Shown: positions 41,410-51,351, counted from the first letter of the stretch. The stretch: DNA of 64,000 nucleotides from Alphaproteobacteria bacterium (GCA_016869535.1 VGDX01000011.1:23932-87931); one strand, 5' to 3'. A program made the numbers and translations. Notes: generated from the letters alone by a model not told the origin.

Positions 41410-41922
41410 CTAGAACTTGCTGTAGGTGATGCAGCAGCAATCCTTCAGCCCGTCGGCGCGCGGCCTGCACACCTGCTTCTCTTCCATGCTGGCGCAGGGT
41501 TGCGGCAGGGCATCAAGCGCCAGCCCATTCTTGCATCGCGCGGTATAGGGCACGCAATTGCCACCCAAGAGTTCGGTGTTCGGCGGGCAGCTTTGGGCTG
41601 TGGCGCCTGGCGGCCGGCTAGGCGGCTGATTGGTGGTGGCGCCCCAACTGCCGTCGGGGGAGGGAGGGGTCGAAGGGCCAGGTGTCTGTCCGGTGGAATC
41701 CTTGGTTGGGCCCACGATCGATGGATTTTTGTGTCTGTCTATAGAACCGGGGACATATTTGCAGGTGTATGATCCGTCGAATTGCCCGCAGACGAACTTC
41801 GCATCGATCAAGAGCGGATTTGACGGAATGGCATGTGTGGTCATGGACGCGCCGTGGCCGTGTTGCGGCAGGGCAATCAGGCAAACCGCAATGAAGGCAA
41901 CGGTAAAAAACCAACGCATCAA
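41410..41922 (-). CDS. Secreted cysteine-rich hypothetical protein
   Basis: Signal peptide, 10 Cys in the mature chain including CCC, Pro/Ser/Thr linker. Confidence 0.65.
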   Translation of the reverse strand: MMRWFFTVAFIAVCLIALPQHGHGASMTTHAIPSNPLLIDAKFVCGQFDGSYTCKYVPGSIDRHKNPSIVGPTKDSTGQTPGPSTPPSPDGSWGATTNQPPSRPPGATAQSCPPNTELLGGNCVPYTARCKNGLALDALPQPCASMEEKQVCRPRADGLKDCCCITYSKF

Positions 41923-42106
41923 GGGCTCCGGTCAGCGCGGGCCGCACCATACCTGAAGAAAATGCGGATCAGAACCACCGCAATTATCCGATTCGCAGCC
42001 CTTGCCAGACGGCCCGCCTCTTGACACCATAGCGTCACTAAGGCTTGCGCGGGTGGGTGCGTCAGGAGCCTTCTCGCGCGGCACATAACCGCCAAGGGAG
42101 GAGACC

Positions 42107-44155
42107 ATGGGCCAAGCGCAGGGCCAACCAGCTCGCAGCGCCCGCTGCATCGCACTGGTTGGCCCCTATCTCAGCGGAAAAACCACGTTACTAGAGGCCA
42201 TTCTCGCCCGCACGGGTGCCATCACCCGCCAGGGCTCCGTGGCCGGCCAGAATAGTGTGGGCGATGCCTCGGAAGAGGCCCGCCATCACGGCATGAGTGT
42301 CGAGCTGAACGTCGCCACCGTCGATTTCCTCGGCGACAGCTTCACCTTCCTCGACGCCCCAGGCTCCATCGAATTTCAGGCCGACGCCGCCAACATTCTC
42401 TCCGCCTGTGATGCCGTTATCGTTGTCTGCGAGCCTGACGAAAAGAAAGTCCCCGCGCTCCAGCTCATCCTCAAGCAACTCGAGGATCGGGACATCCCGC
42501 ATTTTCTGTTCATCAACAAGGTCGACAAGGCCGAGGCCCGCGTGCGCGATATCGTGCCGATGTTGCAGCCCGCCTCGTCCAGACCTCTGGTGCTGCGCCA
42601 CCTGCCCATATGGGAGAACGACATCGTTACCGGCTTCATCGACCTCGCGCTGGAACGCGCTTACGTCTATCGCGAGCATGCGCCGAGCGAGGTGGTGGAA
42701 ATTCCCGCCGCGCTCGCCGAGCCGGAGAAGGAAGCGCGTTTCTCCATGCTGGAAAAGCTCGCCGACTATGATGACGAGCTGATGGAGCAGCTTCTCGAAG
42801 ACGTGCCGCCGCCGCGGGATAAAATCTTCGACGATCTGTCCAAGGAGCTGCGCGATGGCGTGATCTGTCCGGTGCTGCTCGGCTCGGCGGAGAACGGTCA
42901 CGGCATTTTCCGTCTGCTCAAGGCGCTACGCCACGAGGCGCCGTTCGTACAAGCCACGGCCGAACGGCTCGGTGTCGCCGGCGCTCCCTCCTGCGCCTAT
43001 GTGATGAAGACGTTTCACACCGCCCATGGCGGCAAGCTGTCGCTCGCCCGTGTGCTGGCCGGATCCTTCGCCGACGGCGCCACCGTTTATGGAGGGGCGG
43101 ACGAGCAACGCATCGCCGGCATTTTCAATCTGATGGGTCAGGAACCCGTCAAGCGCGGCGAGGCCAAGCCAGGCGACACGGTCGCTTTCGGCCGCCTCGA
43201 CAGCGTCAAGACCGGGGACACGCTGTCGACCGAGAAAGGCAAGGTAGCGAAGGTCGAGGCTGCGACCTTGGCAACGCCTGTATTTGGTCTGGCGATCGCC
43301 GCCAAGGAGAAGAAGGATGAGGTCAAGCTGACCGCCGCCCTCGCCAAGATCATCGAGGAAGATCCCTCGATCTCTCTCACCCACAGCCAGGACATGGGCG
43401 AGATGGTGTTGTGGGGGCAGGGCGAGATGCATTTACGAGTGGCGCTCGAGAAGCTGGTGCGCAAATACGGCATCGACGCTTCCACGCGTCCGCGCCAGAT
43501 TCCCTACAAGGAGACCATCCGCAAATCGACCGAAGTGCGCGGGCGCCACAAGAAGCAATCGGGCGGCCACGGCCAGTTCGGCGACGTGGTGGTGACCATC
43601 GCGCCGCTTCCGCGCGGCACCGGCTTCCAGTTTTCCGACAAGATCACCGGCGGCGTGGTGCCCAAGAACTACATTCCTTCGGTCGAAATTGGCGTGCGCG
43701 ATTTCCTATCAACGGGACCGCTGGGGTTTAATGTGGTCGACGTATCGGTGTGCCTGATCGACGGCTCCTATCACTCGGTCGATTCATCCGACATGGCGTT
43801 CCGCCAGGCGGGACGCATCGCCATGAGCGAGGGTATGCCGCAATGCTCGCCGGTGTTGCTCGAGCCGGTCATGGCGGTAGATATCGCCGTGCCGTCCGAG
43901 GCTACGGCCAAAATCAACTCCATCGTCTCGTCACATCGGGGCCAGATTCTCGGCTTCGACGCACGGCCGGGCTGGTCTGGCTGGGACGTGGTGCAGGCCC
44001 ATATCCCGGAGGCCGAGATCCAGATGCTCATCGTCGAAGTGCGATCGGCGACGGCGGGCGTCGGCACATTCAACGCCAAGTTCGATCATCTCGCCGAACT
44101 GACCGGCAAGGTGGCTGACCAGGTCCTGGCCCATCGCGGCGCCAAGGCCGCCTGA
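42107..44155 (+). CDS. Elongation factor G-like protein (EF-G2 type)
   Basis: EF-G architecture (GQGEMHL, YKETI, KKQSGGHGQFG, LLEPV) with divergent G1 GPYLSGKTT and G3 DAPGS. Confidence 0.9.
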   Translation: MGQAQGQPARSARCIALVGPYLSGKTTLLEAILARTGAITRQGSVAGQNSVGDASEEARHHGMSVELNVATVDFLGDSFTFLDAPGSIEFQADAANILSACDAVIVVCEPDEKKVPALQLILKQLEDRDIPHFLFINKVDKAEARVRDIVPMLQPASSRPLVLRHLPIWENDIVTGFIDLALERAYVYREHAPSEVVEIPAALAEPEKEARFSMLEKLADYDDELMEQLLEDVPPPRDKIFDDLSKELRDGVICPVLLGSAENGHGIFRLLKALRHEAPFVQATAERLGVAGAPSCAYVMKTFHTAHGGKLSLARVLAGSFADGATVYGGADEQRIAGIFNLMGQEPVKRGEAKPGDTVAFGRLDSVKTGDTLSTEKGKVAKVEAATLATPVFGLAIAAKEKKDEVKLTAALAKIIEEDPSISLTHSQDMGEMVLWGQGEMHLRVALEKLVRKYGIDASTRPRQIPYKETIRKSTEVRGRHKKQSGGHGQFGDVVVTIAPLPRGTGFQFSDKITGGVVPKNYIPSVEIGVRDFLSTGPLGFNVVDVSVCLIDGSYHSVDSSDMAFRQAGRIAMSEGMPQCSPVLLEPVMAVDIAVPSEATAKINSIVSSHRGQILGFDARPGWSGWDVVQAHIPEAEIQMLIVEVRSATAGVGTFNAKFDHLAELTGKVADQVLAHRGAKAA

Positions 44156-44175
44156 CGGCTCGCTGCGCTCGCGCC

Positions 44176-44769
44176 TCAGGATGACGGTTTGTTTTCCGGT
44201 GCGCGGTTGCCGCGCGTGATCTTGCGCAGCAGCCGTATCGTCAGCCAGAAGAACGCGACGATGAGCAGAATGGCGGCGAGCGGTGCGGCCAGAGCGAGCA
44301 ACGATACAATGAGAGAGCCGCCGGACTCTGCGGTGGCGATCACTGGGTTGCCGAGCGTGCCGGTGAATATTGTGGACTTCGCCCGCAACAGAGCGGTCAT
44401 GCTCTGTGTAGCGCCGGCGATGCCGCCGCCGGCGATGATCGCTGTCGCCCATTTCACCAGCGGCGGCAGGTCGGTGATGACCGCCGCCGTTACTACCGTG
44501 CCGGCGATGAAGGCGGCAGGCATGGCGATCGTGTCGAGTAGATTGTCGACGCCCGGTATGTAGTAAGCGAGGATTTCGACGATCGCCGCCACGCCGAGCA
44601 GGACAAGCGCGCCAGGCGTTGACAGCCATGCGAAATTCTCGCCAACGGGGAGGTATCCGGCATAGGAAGCGGCGCTGACCACGAGCAGCGGCAGGAACAC
44701 ACGCAAGCCGGTGGCCGCGGCAAGCCCGATGCCGAGTGCGATGGAGATGGCAAGATCGAGTTCAGACAT
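44176..44769 (-). CDS. DUF4126-like membrane protein
   Basis: GLAAATGLRVFLPLL, EILAYYIPGVDNLLD and GNPVIATAE. Confidence 0.82.
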   Translation of the reverse strand: MSELDLAISIALGIGLAAATGLRVFLPLLVVSAASYAGYLPVGENFAWLSTPGALVLLGVAAIVEILAYYIPGVDNLLDTIAMPAAFIAGTVVTAAVITDLPPLVKWATAIIAGGGIAGATQSMTALLRAKSTIFTGTLGNPVIATAESGGSLIVSLLALAAPLAAILLIVAFFWLTIRLLRKITRGNRAPENKPSS

Positions 44770-44789
44770 CGTTGGCGTAACCCCGGCCT

Positions 44790-45605
44790 TTACCCGCCGT
44801 CGATCTGCCGCCCCATGATGGCAATCGCCTGCTGATACACGCCGGCGGCGTTCCAGCCCTGGATAGCTTGGAAATTCGGCTGGCCCGGCTGGTAGCCTGC
44901 GCCCGGCACCCAGCCATGGCCGCGGAGGAAATTCGCCGTCGAGGCGAGCGCATCGGCGCGTGTGTTGAGATTGATGGTGCCGTCGCCGTCTCCGTCGACG
45001 CCATAGTTCAGGATGCTACGCGGCAGGAACTGCGTTTGCCCGACTTCGCCATGCATGGCGCCCCGCGTGGTGGGGCTGAGCACGCCGCGATCGATGAGCT
45101 GAAGTGCGGCGTAGAGCTGTGTGGTGAAAAATTCCGGACGGCGGCAGTCATAGGCAAGCGTGGCAATGGCCGACAGCACGTTCTGATTGCCCATGTAGTT
45201 GCCGAAGGCGGTCTCCATGCCCCAGATGGCGAGGAGCGGCCCTGGCGGCACGCCGTAGCGTTGTTCCAGCGCAGCGAACATCTTGGCGTTTTGTTTCTTC
45301 AGCGCCCGCCCGCGAGAGACGATAGCCGCTGAGCCGCGCTTGGCCATGAATTGTTGCAATGAGAGCTTGAAGCCCTTCTGCCCGCGGTCGGCCTTAATGG
45401 TGCCGACCGAATAGTTCGTGCCCATCAGAGCGGCGACGCCCTGCGATCCGATGCCGTTGGCCTGGGCCTCCTGCGCGAATGTCCGCTTCCAGTTCTGGAA
45501 ACCGGCAGAGTTGTTGCCGCAAGGCGCGGCTTTCACTGCACCGGACGCCAATCCCGCAAACATGACGGCCAAAAGAACAGCCGTGCCGCTTCGCCTGTTC
45601 AGCAT
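44790..45605 (-). CDS. Lytic murein transglycosylase (SLT_2), no PG-binding domain
   Basis: Signal peptide, IWGMETAFG, HGEVGQTQFLP and DGDGDG. Confidence 0.88.
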   Translation of the reverse strand: MLNRRSGTAVLLAVMFAGLASGAVKAAPCGNNSAGFQNWKRTFAQEAQANGIGSQGVAALMGTNYSVGTIKADRGQKGFKLSLQQFMAKRGSAAIVSRGRALKKQNAKMFAALEQRYGVPPGPLLAIWGMETAFGNYMGNQNVLSAIATLAYDCRRPEFFTTQLYAALQLIDRGVLSPTTRGAMHGEVGQTQFLPRSILNYGVDGDGDGTINLNTRADALASTANFLRGHGWVPGAGYQPGQPNFQAIQGWNAAGVYQQAIAIMGRQIDGG

Positions 45606-45854
45606 CGAGGCCTTCCGCGCTTCTCGTCCCGCGCCCAAGAAGCGCCGAACCGCCGTCGTCGATTCTTCTATGGTAATCTGCCCAGGTGGGCAGTTCTACT
45701 GTCGTTTCTTGGGCCGGTTGCAAAGACAGGACGATTTGCCGCCCGCGTCTTTGTGCAGGGCAGCATGCCCGAGTCTTGCCCCGGCGCGTCCGGCCCGCTA
45801 ACGATTGTGCCGCATTTTCGTTGCTGTCCGTCAGCTCATCCCGGGGGTGTTCCC

Positions 45855-47084
45855 ATGACTGTTTTTGCGCCGCTTGTAATTCCTGACACGCTCGCCGCCG
45901 GCCCCGGTCCGGGGAATACCGACCCACGCGTGCTCGAGCGTTTCGCCAGTTCGGGCGTCGCCGACCACATGCAGAAGGACGTTCTGCGCGGCATGATGGA
46001 GGCGAAGCAGATGCTGCGCGAGCTGTGGGGGACTAAGAATGTCTATACCTACGGCGTCGCCGGCACGGGCTTCTCGGGCCTCGATTGCGTGCTGTCGCTG
46101 GTCCTGCCGGGCGACAAGGTGGTGTGCTTCCCGAACGGCACCTTTTCCGGCATCGACACATTGACCATCCGCATGAAGGCGGCGACCGCGGAAGAATTGG
46201 CCGCCGACTCGCTCAACCCGAAGGCGGCCAGCGTCACCGTGATCGATACGCCGCACGGCCAGTCCGTAACCGCCGACACCATCGACAAGGCGCTCGCCGC
46301 GCACAAGCCCATGTGGGCGTTCATGGCCCATTGGGAGACTGGCTCCGGCCGCATCAACGACCTCAAGGCGTTCTCTGATGCCTGCGTCAAACACGGCGTG
46401 ATGGGCATTTGCGATGCCGTGTCGAGTCTCGGCGTCGCCGATTTCAGCATCGACGACTATCCGGGCGTCGTCGCCTGGGCGTCATGTCCGCAGAAGGGCG
46501 TGCTGTCGCTGCCGTTGACTTATGCGCCGGTGAGCTTCACCGACAAGGCCATCGACATGGTGAAGAAGCGCGGCTGCCGCACCTATGTGCATCACCCGAT
46601 CCTCGACGCGCGCCATTGGGGCATCGTCGACGGCAAGGACGTCGACACGCCGGGCTACCACCAGACGCATTCCTGCTACGCGGTGGCCGCGTTCCACGAA
46701 GCGCTGCGCATCATTCTCGGCTATGGCCGCCGCCGCAAGGCGTCCGACTACGCCTATCACGAGAAGGCGCTGCGCCAGGCGGTCGAGGCCATGGGCTGTG
46801 ACGTCACCTCGAACATGACGAGCCTCGTCGTGCTCAACCTGCCGGGCAAGCTCAAGGGCAAGGAGAAGGAGTTGGTGCAGGGCGCCCGCGCGCAAGGCTT
46901 CGGCATCTGGCCGACGCTGAGCGAGCCGGTGCAAGTGCGCATCGGCATCCTCAATCAGCTCTCGCCGGAGCAGATCAGCGAGATCGTCAGCCGCTTCGCC
47001 GACGCCATGCTCGCCATGGGCGCGGAGTTCGACAAGCAGAAGGTGATGAACGGGCTGAAGTCCTACTACGCCAAAGCGGCTTAG
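45855..47084 (+). CDS. Class V PLP aminotransferase (alanine/serine-glyoxylate-like)
   Basis: GPGP, HWETGSG, DAVSSLG, SCPQKG (PLP Lys) and VRIG. Confidence 0.85.
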   Translation: MTVFAPLVIPDTLAAGPGPGNTDPRVLERFASSGVADHMQKDVLRGMMEAKQMLRELWGTKNVYTYGVAGTGFSGLDCVLSLVLPGDKVVCFPNGTFSGIDTLTIRMKAATAEELAADSLNPKAASVTVIDTPHGQSVTADTIDKALAAHKPMWAFMAHWETGSGRINDLKAFSDACVKHGVMGICDAVSSLGVADFSIDDYPGVVAWASCPQKGVLSLPLTYAPVSFTDKAIDMVKKRGCRTYVHHPILDARHWGIVDGKDVDTPGYHQTHSCYAVAAFHEALRIILGYGRRRKASDYAYHEKALRQAVEAMGCDVTSNMTSLVVLNLPGKLKGKEKELVQGARAQGFGIWPTLSEPVQVRIGILNQLSPEQISEIVSRFADAMLAMGAEFDKQKVMNGLKSYYAKAA

Positions 47085-47086
47085 CG

Positions 47087-47467
47087 TCAGCCTTTGGGCT
47101 TCTGTAGATCGCGCAGCGCGTCGGCCATCAGCCAGCTCAGTTGCTGCGCCTGGATGCCGAAGGTCTGCATCTGCGTCTGGGCGTAGCGGCTCTGCAAGGT
47201 CACGACTTCCGGCATGTCCTTGGCCTTGGCCAGATCGGACGCGAGCGCGAAGGAGCGCTCGGCATTGTCCTTGGCAAAGGCGATGGCCTTGTCCTGCACG
47301 GCCTTGAAGGCGCCGAGTTCCGCGCCGGCCGGCGTCTGCGTCCAGGTCCCAAGAGCCTGGGTCATGAAATCCATGAACTGACCATAGGCGGCGCGCGCCT
47401 GCTCGACATTCTTCTCAGCCAGGTCGCGCAGCTCAGGCGGTATCTCGAATGAAGGTTTTTCGGCCAT
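47087..47467 (-). CDS. Phasin (PHA-granule-associated protein)
   Basis: FEIPPELRDLAEKNVEQARAAY and LQSRYAQTQMQTF. Confidence 0.85.
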   Translation of the reverse strand: MAEKPSFEIPPELRDLAEKNVEQARAAYGQFMDFMTQALGTWTQTPAGAELGAFKAVQDKAIAFAKDNAERSFALASDLAKAKDMPEVVTLQSRYAQTQMQTFGIQAQQLSWLMADALRDLQKPKG

Positions 47468-47645
47468 TGGGGTCCCCTCTCAACGCCACGGGCGGGTGTG
47501 CAATTCTTCCCCAGCCTAGCATTTTTTAGCCCGCCGGGGACTCGTTCAGCCGCCCCGAACCAGCTACACTCGCGGACAAATTTGGGCCGTTTTCCCTGTC
47601 GATTATAGGTTCGGGACTGAAATGGTGCCAATTCGGGGGCAGGCC

Positions 47646-49430
47646 ATGAGGCGAAAAACCGCGCTGGGGCTCATTTTAGCGGCCTCCTTTGGGCTGCCCG
47701 CCCTGGCCGCCGAGCCTAATGGCCCGACCGAGCTGATCACGCGCACCGAGGCCGTCCGAATCGCCATCCAGGACAAGCTCGCCGCCCAGCCCGCCAAGAA
47801 CGAGACCATCCATACCGCACTTGTCGATTATTACGCGGTCCCCGGCCGGAAGCCGCTCTGGATCGGCGATGCCGGTGTAAGCGAGCGGGGCAGTGCGGTG
47901 ATTGGCGAGATCCGCAAGGCCGGCGATTACGGTCTGCGCGCCGCCGATTACAAGCTGCCTGATGCCGACAGTTTCGACGCCGCTGGTAACGCCTCGGAAT
48001 GGCTCGCCACCGCCGAGATCAAGATCAGCACCGCCGTGGTCGACTACGCCAACGATGCGCGCGGCGGCCGCATCGATCCGCAACGCCTGAGCAAGAATCT
48101 CGATCCGACGCTCGCTCTGCCCAACCCCGGCGAGGTCCTGGAATCGATCGCCATCCGTTCCGACCCCGCCGCCTATCTGCGCAGCTTCCAGCCGGACCAT
48201 CCCCAATTCGAGGCGCTGCGCCAGAAGCTGATCGAGCTTCGCGGCGGGAGCAAGCCGGTTGAGCCTGAAAAGCCTGAAGTCGTCACCATCCCCGAAGGTC
48301 CCGTGCTCAAGCTCGGCCTCAAGCATCCGCAGGTGGCCTTGCTCAGAACCCGGCTCGAGGTTCCCGCGCAAGACGGTGGCGACGAGACGATGTTCGATGA
48401 GGATGTTCGCGAAGCGGTGCGGCGCTTCCAGTCCGACCACGGCACGACGCCGGACGGCTTGGTCGGTGCCGGTACGCGGCGCATGCTCAACAACCCCTCG
48501 GGGGCCAAGCAGGCGGGCGGCGGCAAAGCCTCAATCGACGCCATTATCGCCAATATGGAACGCTGGCGCTGGCTTCCCCGCGATCTTGGCGAGTTCCATG
48601 TGATGGCCAATATCCCCGAGTTCACCTTGCGCGTCGTGGAGGACGACGAGGTCGTCCATACCGCGCGGGTGGTCATCGGCAAGCCCAACACACAAACCGC
48701 CGTGTTCTCCGATGAGATGGAAGAGGTCGTCTTCAATCCCTATTGGAACGTGCCGACCTCCATCAAGGCCAACGAGATCGCGCCGTATCTGCGGACAGGT
48801 GGTGGGTTTTTCGGCGGCGGCTGGGATACTTCCGTGCTCCGCCGTCACGGCTTGCGCATCCGGGGCTATAACGGCCGCGAGATCGATCCGGACTCCGTCG
48901 ATTGGAGCCGCGTCGACGTGCGCACCTTGGAACTCTACCAGCCGCCCGGACCCGGCAATGTGCTCGGCGCCATGAAGTTCGTGTTTCCTAACAAGCACGA
49001 TATCTACATGCACGACACCACGCAGAAACATCTCTTCACCAACGCGGTGCGGTCTGAGAGCCATGGTTGCGTGCGCGTGCAGAATCCGGAGCAGTTCGCC
49101 TTTCTCCTGCTCAACCATGACCAAGGCTGGACGAAGGGACATGTCGCCTCGGCCATCAACGGCAGGGACGACAATCACATTGTCCTGCAGAACAAGATCC
49201 CGGTGCACATCGTCTATTTCACCGTGAGGGTAAACGAGGACGGCTCGCTCTCGACCTTCCGCGATCTCTACCGTCACGACGCGAGAATTATTGGAGCGTT
49301 GAACGGTGCCCCCATGGTGTCCGAGGAGTTCGCGCCGGAGATGGCGGAAACCGAGACGAGGCCGCGTGTGCGCTACCGTCAACGGAACGACTTCGGCAGA
49401 GATTTCACCCGGACCATTTTCGGATTCTAA
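47646..49430 (+). CDS. L,D-transpeptidase, YcbB/LdtD-like
   Basis: PG-binding domain (DGLVG..T), ANMERWRW, FNPYWNVP and YMHDT...SHGCVRV. Confidence 0.9.
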   Translation: MRRKTALGLILAASFGLPALAAEPNGPTELITRTEAVRIAIQDKLAAQPAKNETIHTALVDYYAVPGRKPLWIGDAGVSERGSAVIGEIRKAGDYGLRAADYKLPDADSFDAAGNASEWLATAEIKISTAVVDYANDARGGRIDPQRLSKNLDPTLALPNPGEVLESIAIRSDPAAYLRSFQPDHPQFEALRQKLIELRGGSKPVEPEKPEVVTIPEGPVLKLGLKHPQVALLRTRLEVPAQDGGDETMFDEDVREAVRRFQSDHGTTPDGLVGAGTRRMLNNPSGAKQAGGGKASIDAIIANMERWRWLPRDLGEFHVMANIPEFTLRVVEDDEVVHTARVVIGKPNTQTAVFSDEMEEVVFNPYWNVPTSIKANEIAPYLRTGGGFFGGGWDTSVLRRHGLRIRGYNGREIDPDSVDWSRVDVRTLELYQPPGPGNVLGAMKFVFPNKHDIYMHDTTQKHLFTNAVRSESHGCVRVQNPEQFAFLLLNHDQGWTKGHVASAINGRDDNHIVLQNKIPVHIVYFTVRVNEDGSLSTFRDLYRHDARIIGALNGAPMVSEEFAPEMAETETRPRVRYRQRNDFGRDFTRTIFGF

Positions 49431-49547
49431 CCGCCGCCTTTGGGCATCCGCCCCTCTCCAGCCGGACACCAGCCGATTTCGGTTTGCGAATAGGCCGAAT
49501 CGCCGTATGTTCCGCCTTTGTTCCATGGCCCTAAGGCGGAGCGGCAT

Positions 49548-49739
49548 ATGGCCCATATCGCGGCGGAAACTCTTACGGCTGGCATACCCAGCCCACGCAG
49601 ACAGCGGCAAAAGTCGGTGGTGCGCTTCTTCGCGCTTGAAGGCGCCATGCGGGTGGTGATCGAAGCCGACAGCGAGGACGACGCCCGCTATCTCTGCCGC
49701 GAGATGAGCTGGGACTTCATCTGCCTCTGCGACAGCTGA
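49548..49739 (+). CDS. 63-aa hypothetical protein
   Basis: GGAG SD, plausible codon usage, Cys-rich C-terminus. No family recognised. Confidence 0.45.
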   Translation: MAHIAAETLTAGIPSPRRQRQKSVVRFFALEGAMRVVIEADSEDDARYLCREMSWDFICLCDS

Positions 49740-49808
49740 GCGCACGGGACTAAGCCACAATCATCCTAGGAAAAGTCCGGATGCGGAATCCGCATCGCGG
49801 CAGCGATG

Positions 49809-49824
49809 TGGCATGCCCGTGGCA
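49809..49824 (+). promoter_or_regulatory. Possible sigma54 -24/-12 promoter
   Basis: TGGCAT-GCCCG-TGGCA has correct GG-N10-GC spacing and is flanked by two perfect inverted repeats. Confidence 0.4.
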
Positions 49825-49971
49825 CGCCCTTGAATGACCCTTTCAGGGTCATTTGCCAGCCGATTAATCGTCTCGTTTTTCCCTAGCTTGACCGCAGCGC
49901 CCGAAGCGCATCGGCCGGTTTGAGTCGTCGCCGGCCTCTTCCTCCCAAAAACAAAACGGAGCTTATGCGTC

Positions 49972-50370
49972 ATGTTTGGACTGCGTCTTATTGCTTTTGC
50001 CTGCGCCCTTCTCGGACTTGCAGCTCTGCTGCTGCCGAATCCTGCATTTGCATTTCCCCAAGCCTTCTCCCAGGCCGCGAAAGCTTCGAAGGTCAAGCAT
50101 GCGGTCGGCCCGCGGCCCGGGCGTTGGTGCGGCTGGTATATGCGCACGCAGAAGGGTGGTGGACCTGAATTGAACCTCGCCCGCAACTGGAAGAACTGGG
50201 GCCGCCCCTCGAATCCGAAGGTCGGCGCCGTGGTGGTCTGGCCGCATCACGTCGGCATGATCACCGGCCGTACCGCTGAGGGCCACTGGGTCGTACGCTC
50301 GGGCAACGATGGTGGGCGCGTGCGCGAACGCCCGCGTTCGGTGAAGGGCGCGGTGTTCCGTGTCGGCTAG
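49972..50370 (+). CDS. Secreted CHAP/NlpC-P60-like cysteine peptidase
   Basis: Signal peptide, WCGW (Cys), ARNW, VVVWPHHVG (His) and RSGN. Confidence 0.65.
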   Translation: MFGLRLIAFACALLGLAALLLPNPAFAFPQAFSQAAKASKVKHAVGPRPGRWCGWYMRTQKGGGPELNLARNWKNWGRPSNPKVGAVVVWPHHVGMITGRTAEGHWVVRSGNDGGRVRERPRSVKGAVFRVG

Positions 50371-50382
50371 CCGGAGAACAAG

Positions 50383-51351
50383 CTACTCGGCGGCCTCGGC
50401 CAGCGTGTCGAGGCCGGCGAGGTGCTTCTCGGCGTCAAGCGCCGCCATGCAGCCGAGACCGGCGGCGGTCACCGCCTGGCGGTATACGTCGTCGGTCACG
50501 TCGCCGGCGGCAAACACGCCTGGCACGCTGGTCGTGGTCGAGCGCGGCGCGGTGACAATGTATCCGGACGGCGTCATGTCGAGCTGACCCTTGAACAGCT
50601 CGCTCTGCGGCTCATGCCCGATGGCGATGAAGATGCCGTCTATCGGCAGCATGACGGTCTCGCCGGTCAGCGTGCTCTTCAGCCGCGCACCGGTGACGGT
50701 GAGCGGATCTTCCGTGCCAAGCACTTCCTCCAATTCGTTGTTCCACAGAACGTCGATCTTCGGATTGGCGAACAGGCGCTCCTGCAGGATCTTCTCCGAG
50801 CGCAGCACGCCGCGGCGATGCACCAGCAGCACCTGCTCGGTGATATTGGCGAGATAGATCGCCTCCTCGACCGCGGTATTGCCGCCACCGACCACGATCA
50901 CGCGTCTGCCGCGGAAGAAGAAACCGTCGCAGGTGGCGCAGGCTGATACGCCATGCCCCTGGAATTCTTGTTCCGATGGCAGCCCGAGCCAGCGCGCCTT
51001 GGCTCCGGTAGCGATGATGACCGAGTCGGCCGTATATTCGGTGCCGCTGTCCCCCTTCAGCCAGAACGGCTTACGCTTGAGATCGACCGTGACGATATGG
51101 TCGGCGACCATCTCGGTGCCGACATGCATCGCTTGTAGGCGCATCTGTTCCATGAGCCAGGGCCCCTGGATCACGTCGGCGAAGCCCGGATAATTTTCGA
51201 CGTCGGTGGTGATGGTCATCTGGCCGCCGGGCTGGAGCCCATCGATCAGCAGCGGCTTGAGCATGGCGCGCGCGGCATAGATCGCGGCGGTATAGCCGGC
51301 CGGACCTGAGCCCAAGATGATCACCTTGGCGTGGCGGGATGCCATGGACAT
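50383..51351 (-). CDS. trxB: Thioredoxin reductase
   Basis: GSGPAG, redox CATC, GGGNTA and GVFAAGDV. Confidence 0.97.
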   Translation of the reverse strand: MSMASRHAKVIILGSGPAGYTAAIYAARAMLKPLLIDGLQPGGQMTITTDVENYPGFADVIQGPWLMEQMRLQAMHVGTEMVADHIVTVDLKRKPFWLKGDSGTEYTADSVIIATGAKARWLGLPSEQEFQGHGVSACATCDGFFFRGRRVIVVGGGNTAVEEAIYLANITEQVLLVHRRGVLRSEKILQERLFANPKIDVLWNNELEEVLGTEDPLTVTGARLKSTLTGETVMLPIDGIFIAIGHEPQSELFKGQLDMTPSGYIVTAPRSTTTSVPGVFAAGDVTDDVYRQAVTAAGLGCMAALDAEKHLAGLDTLAEAAE

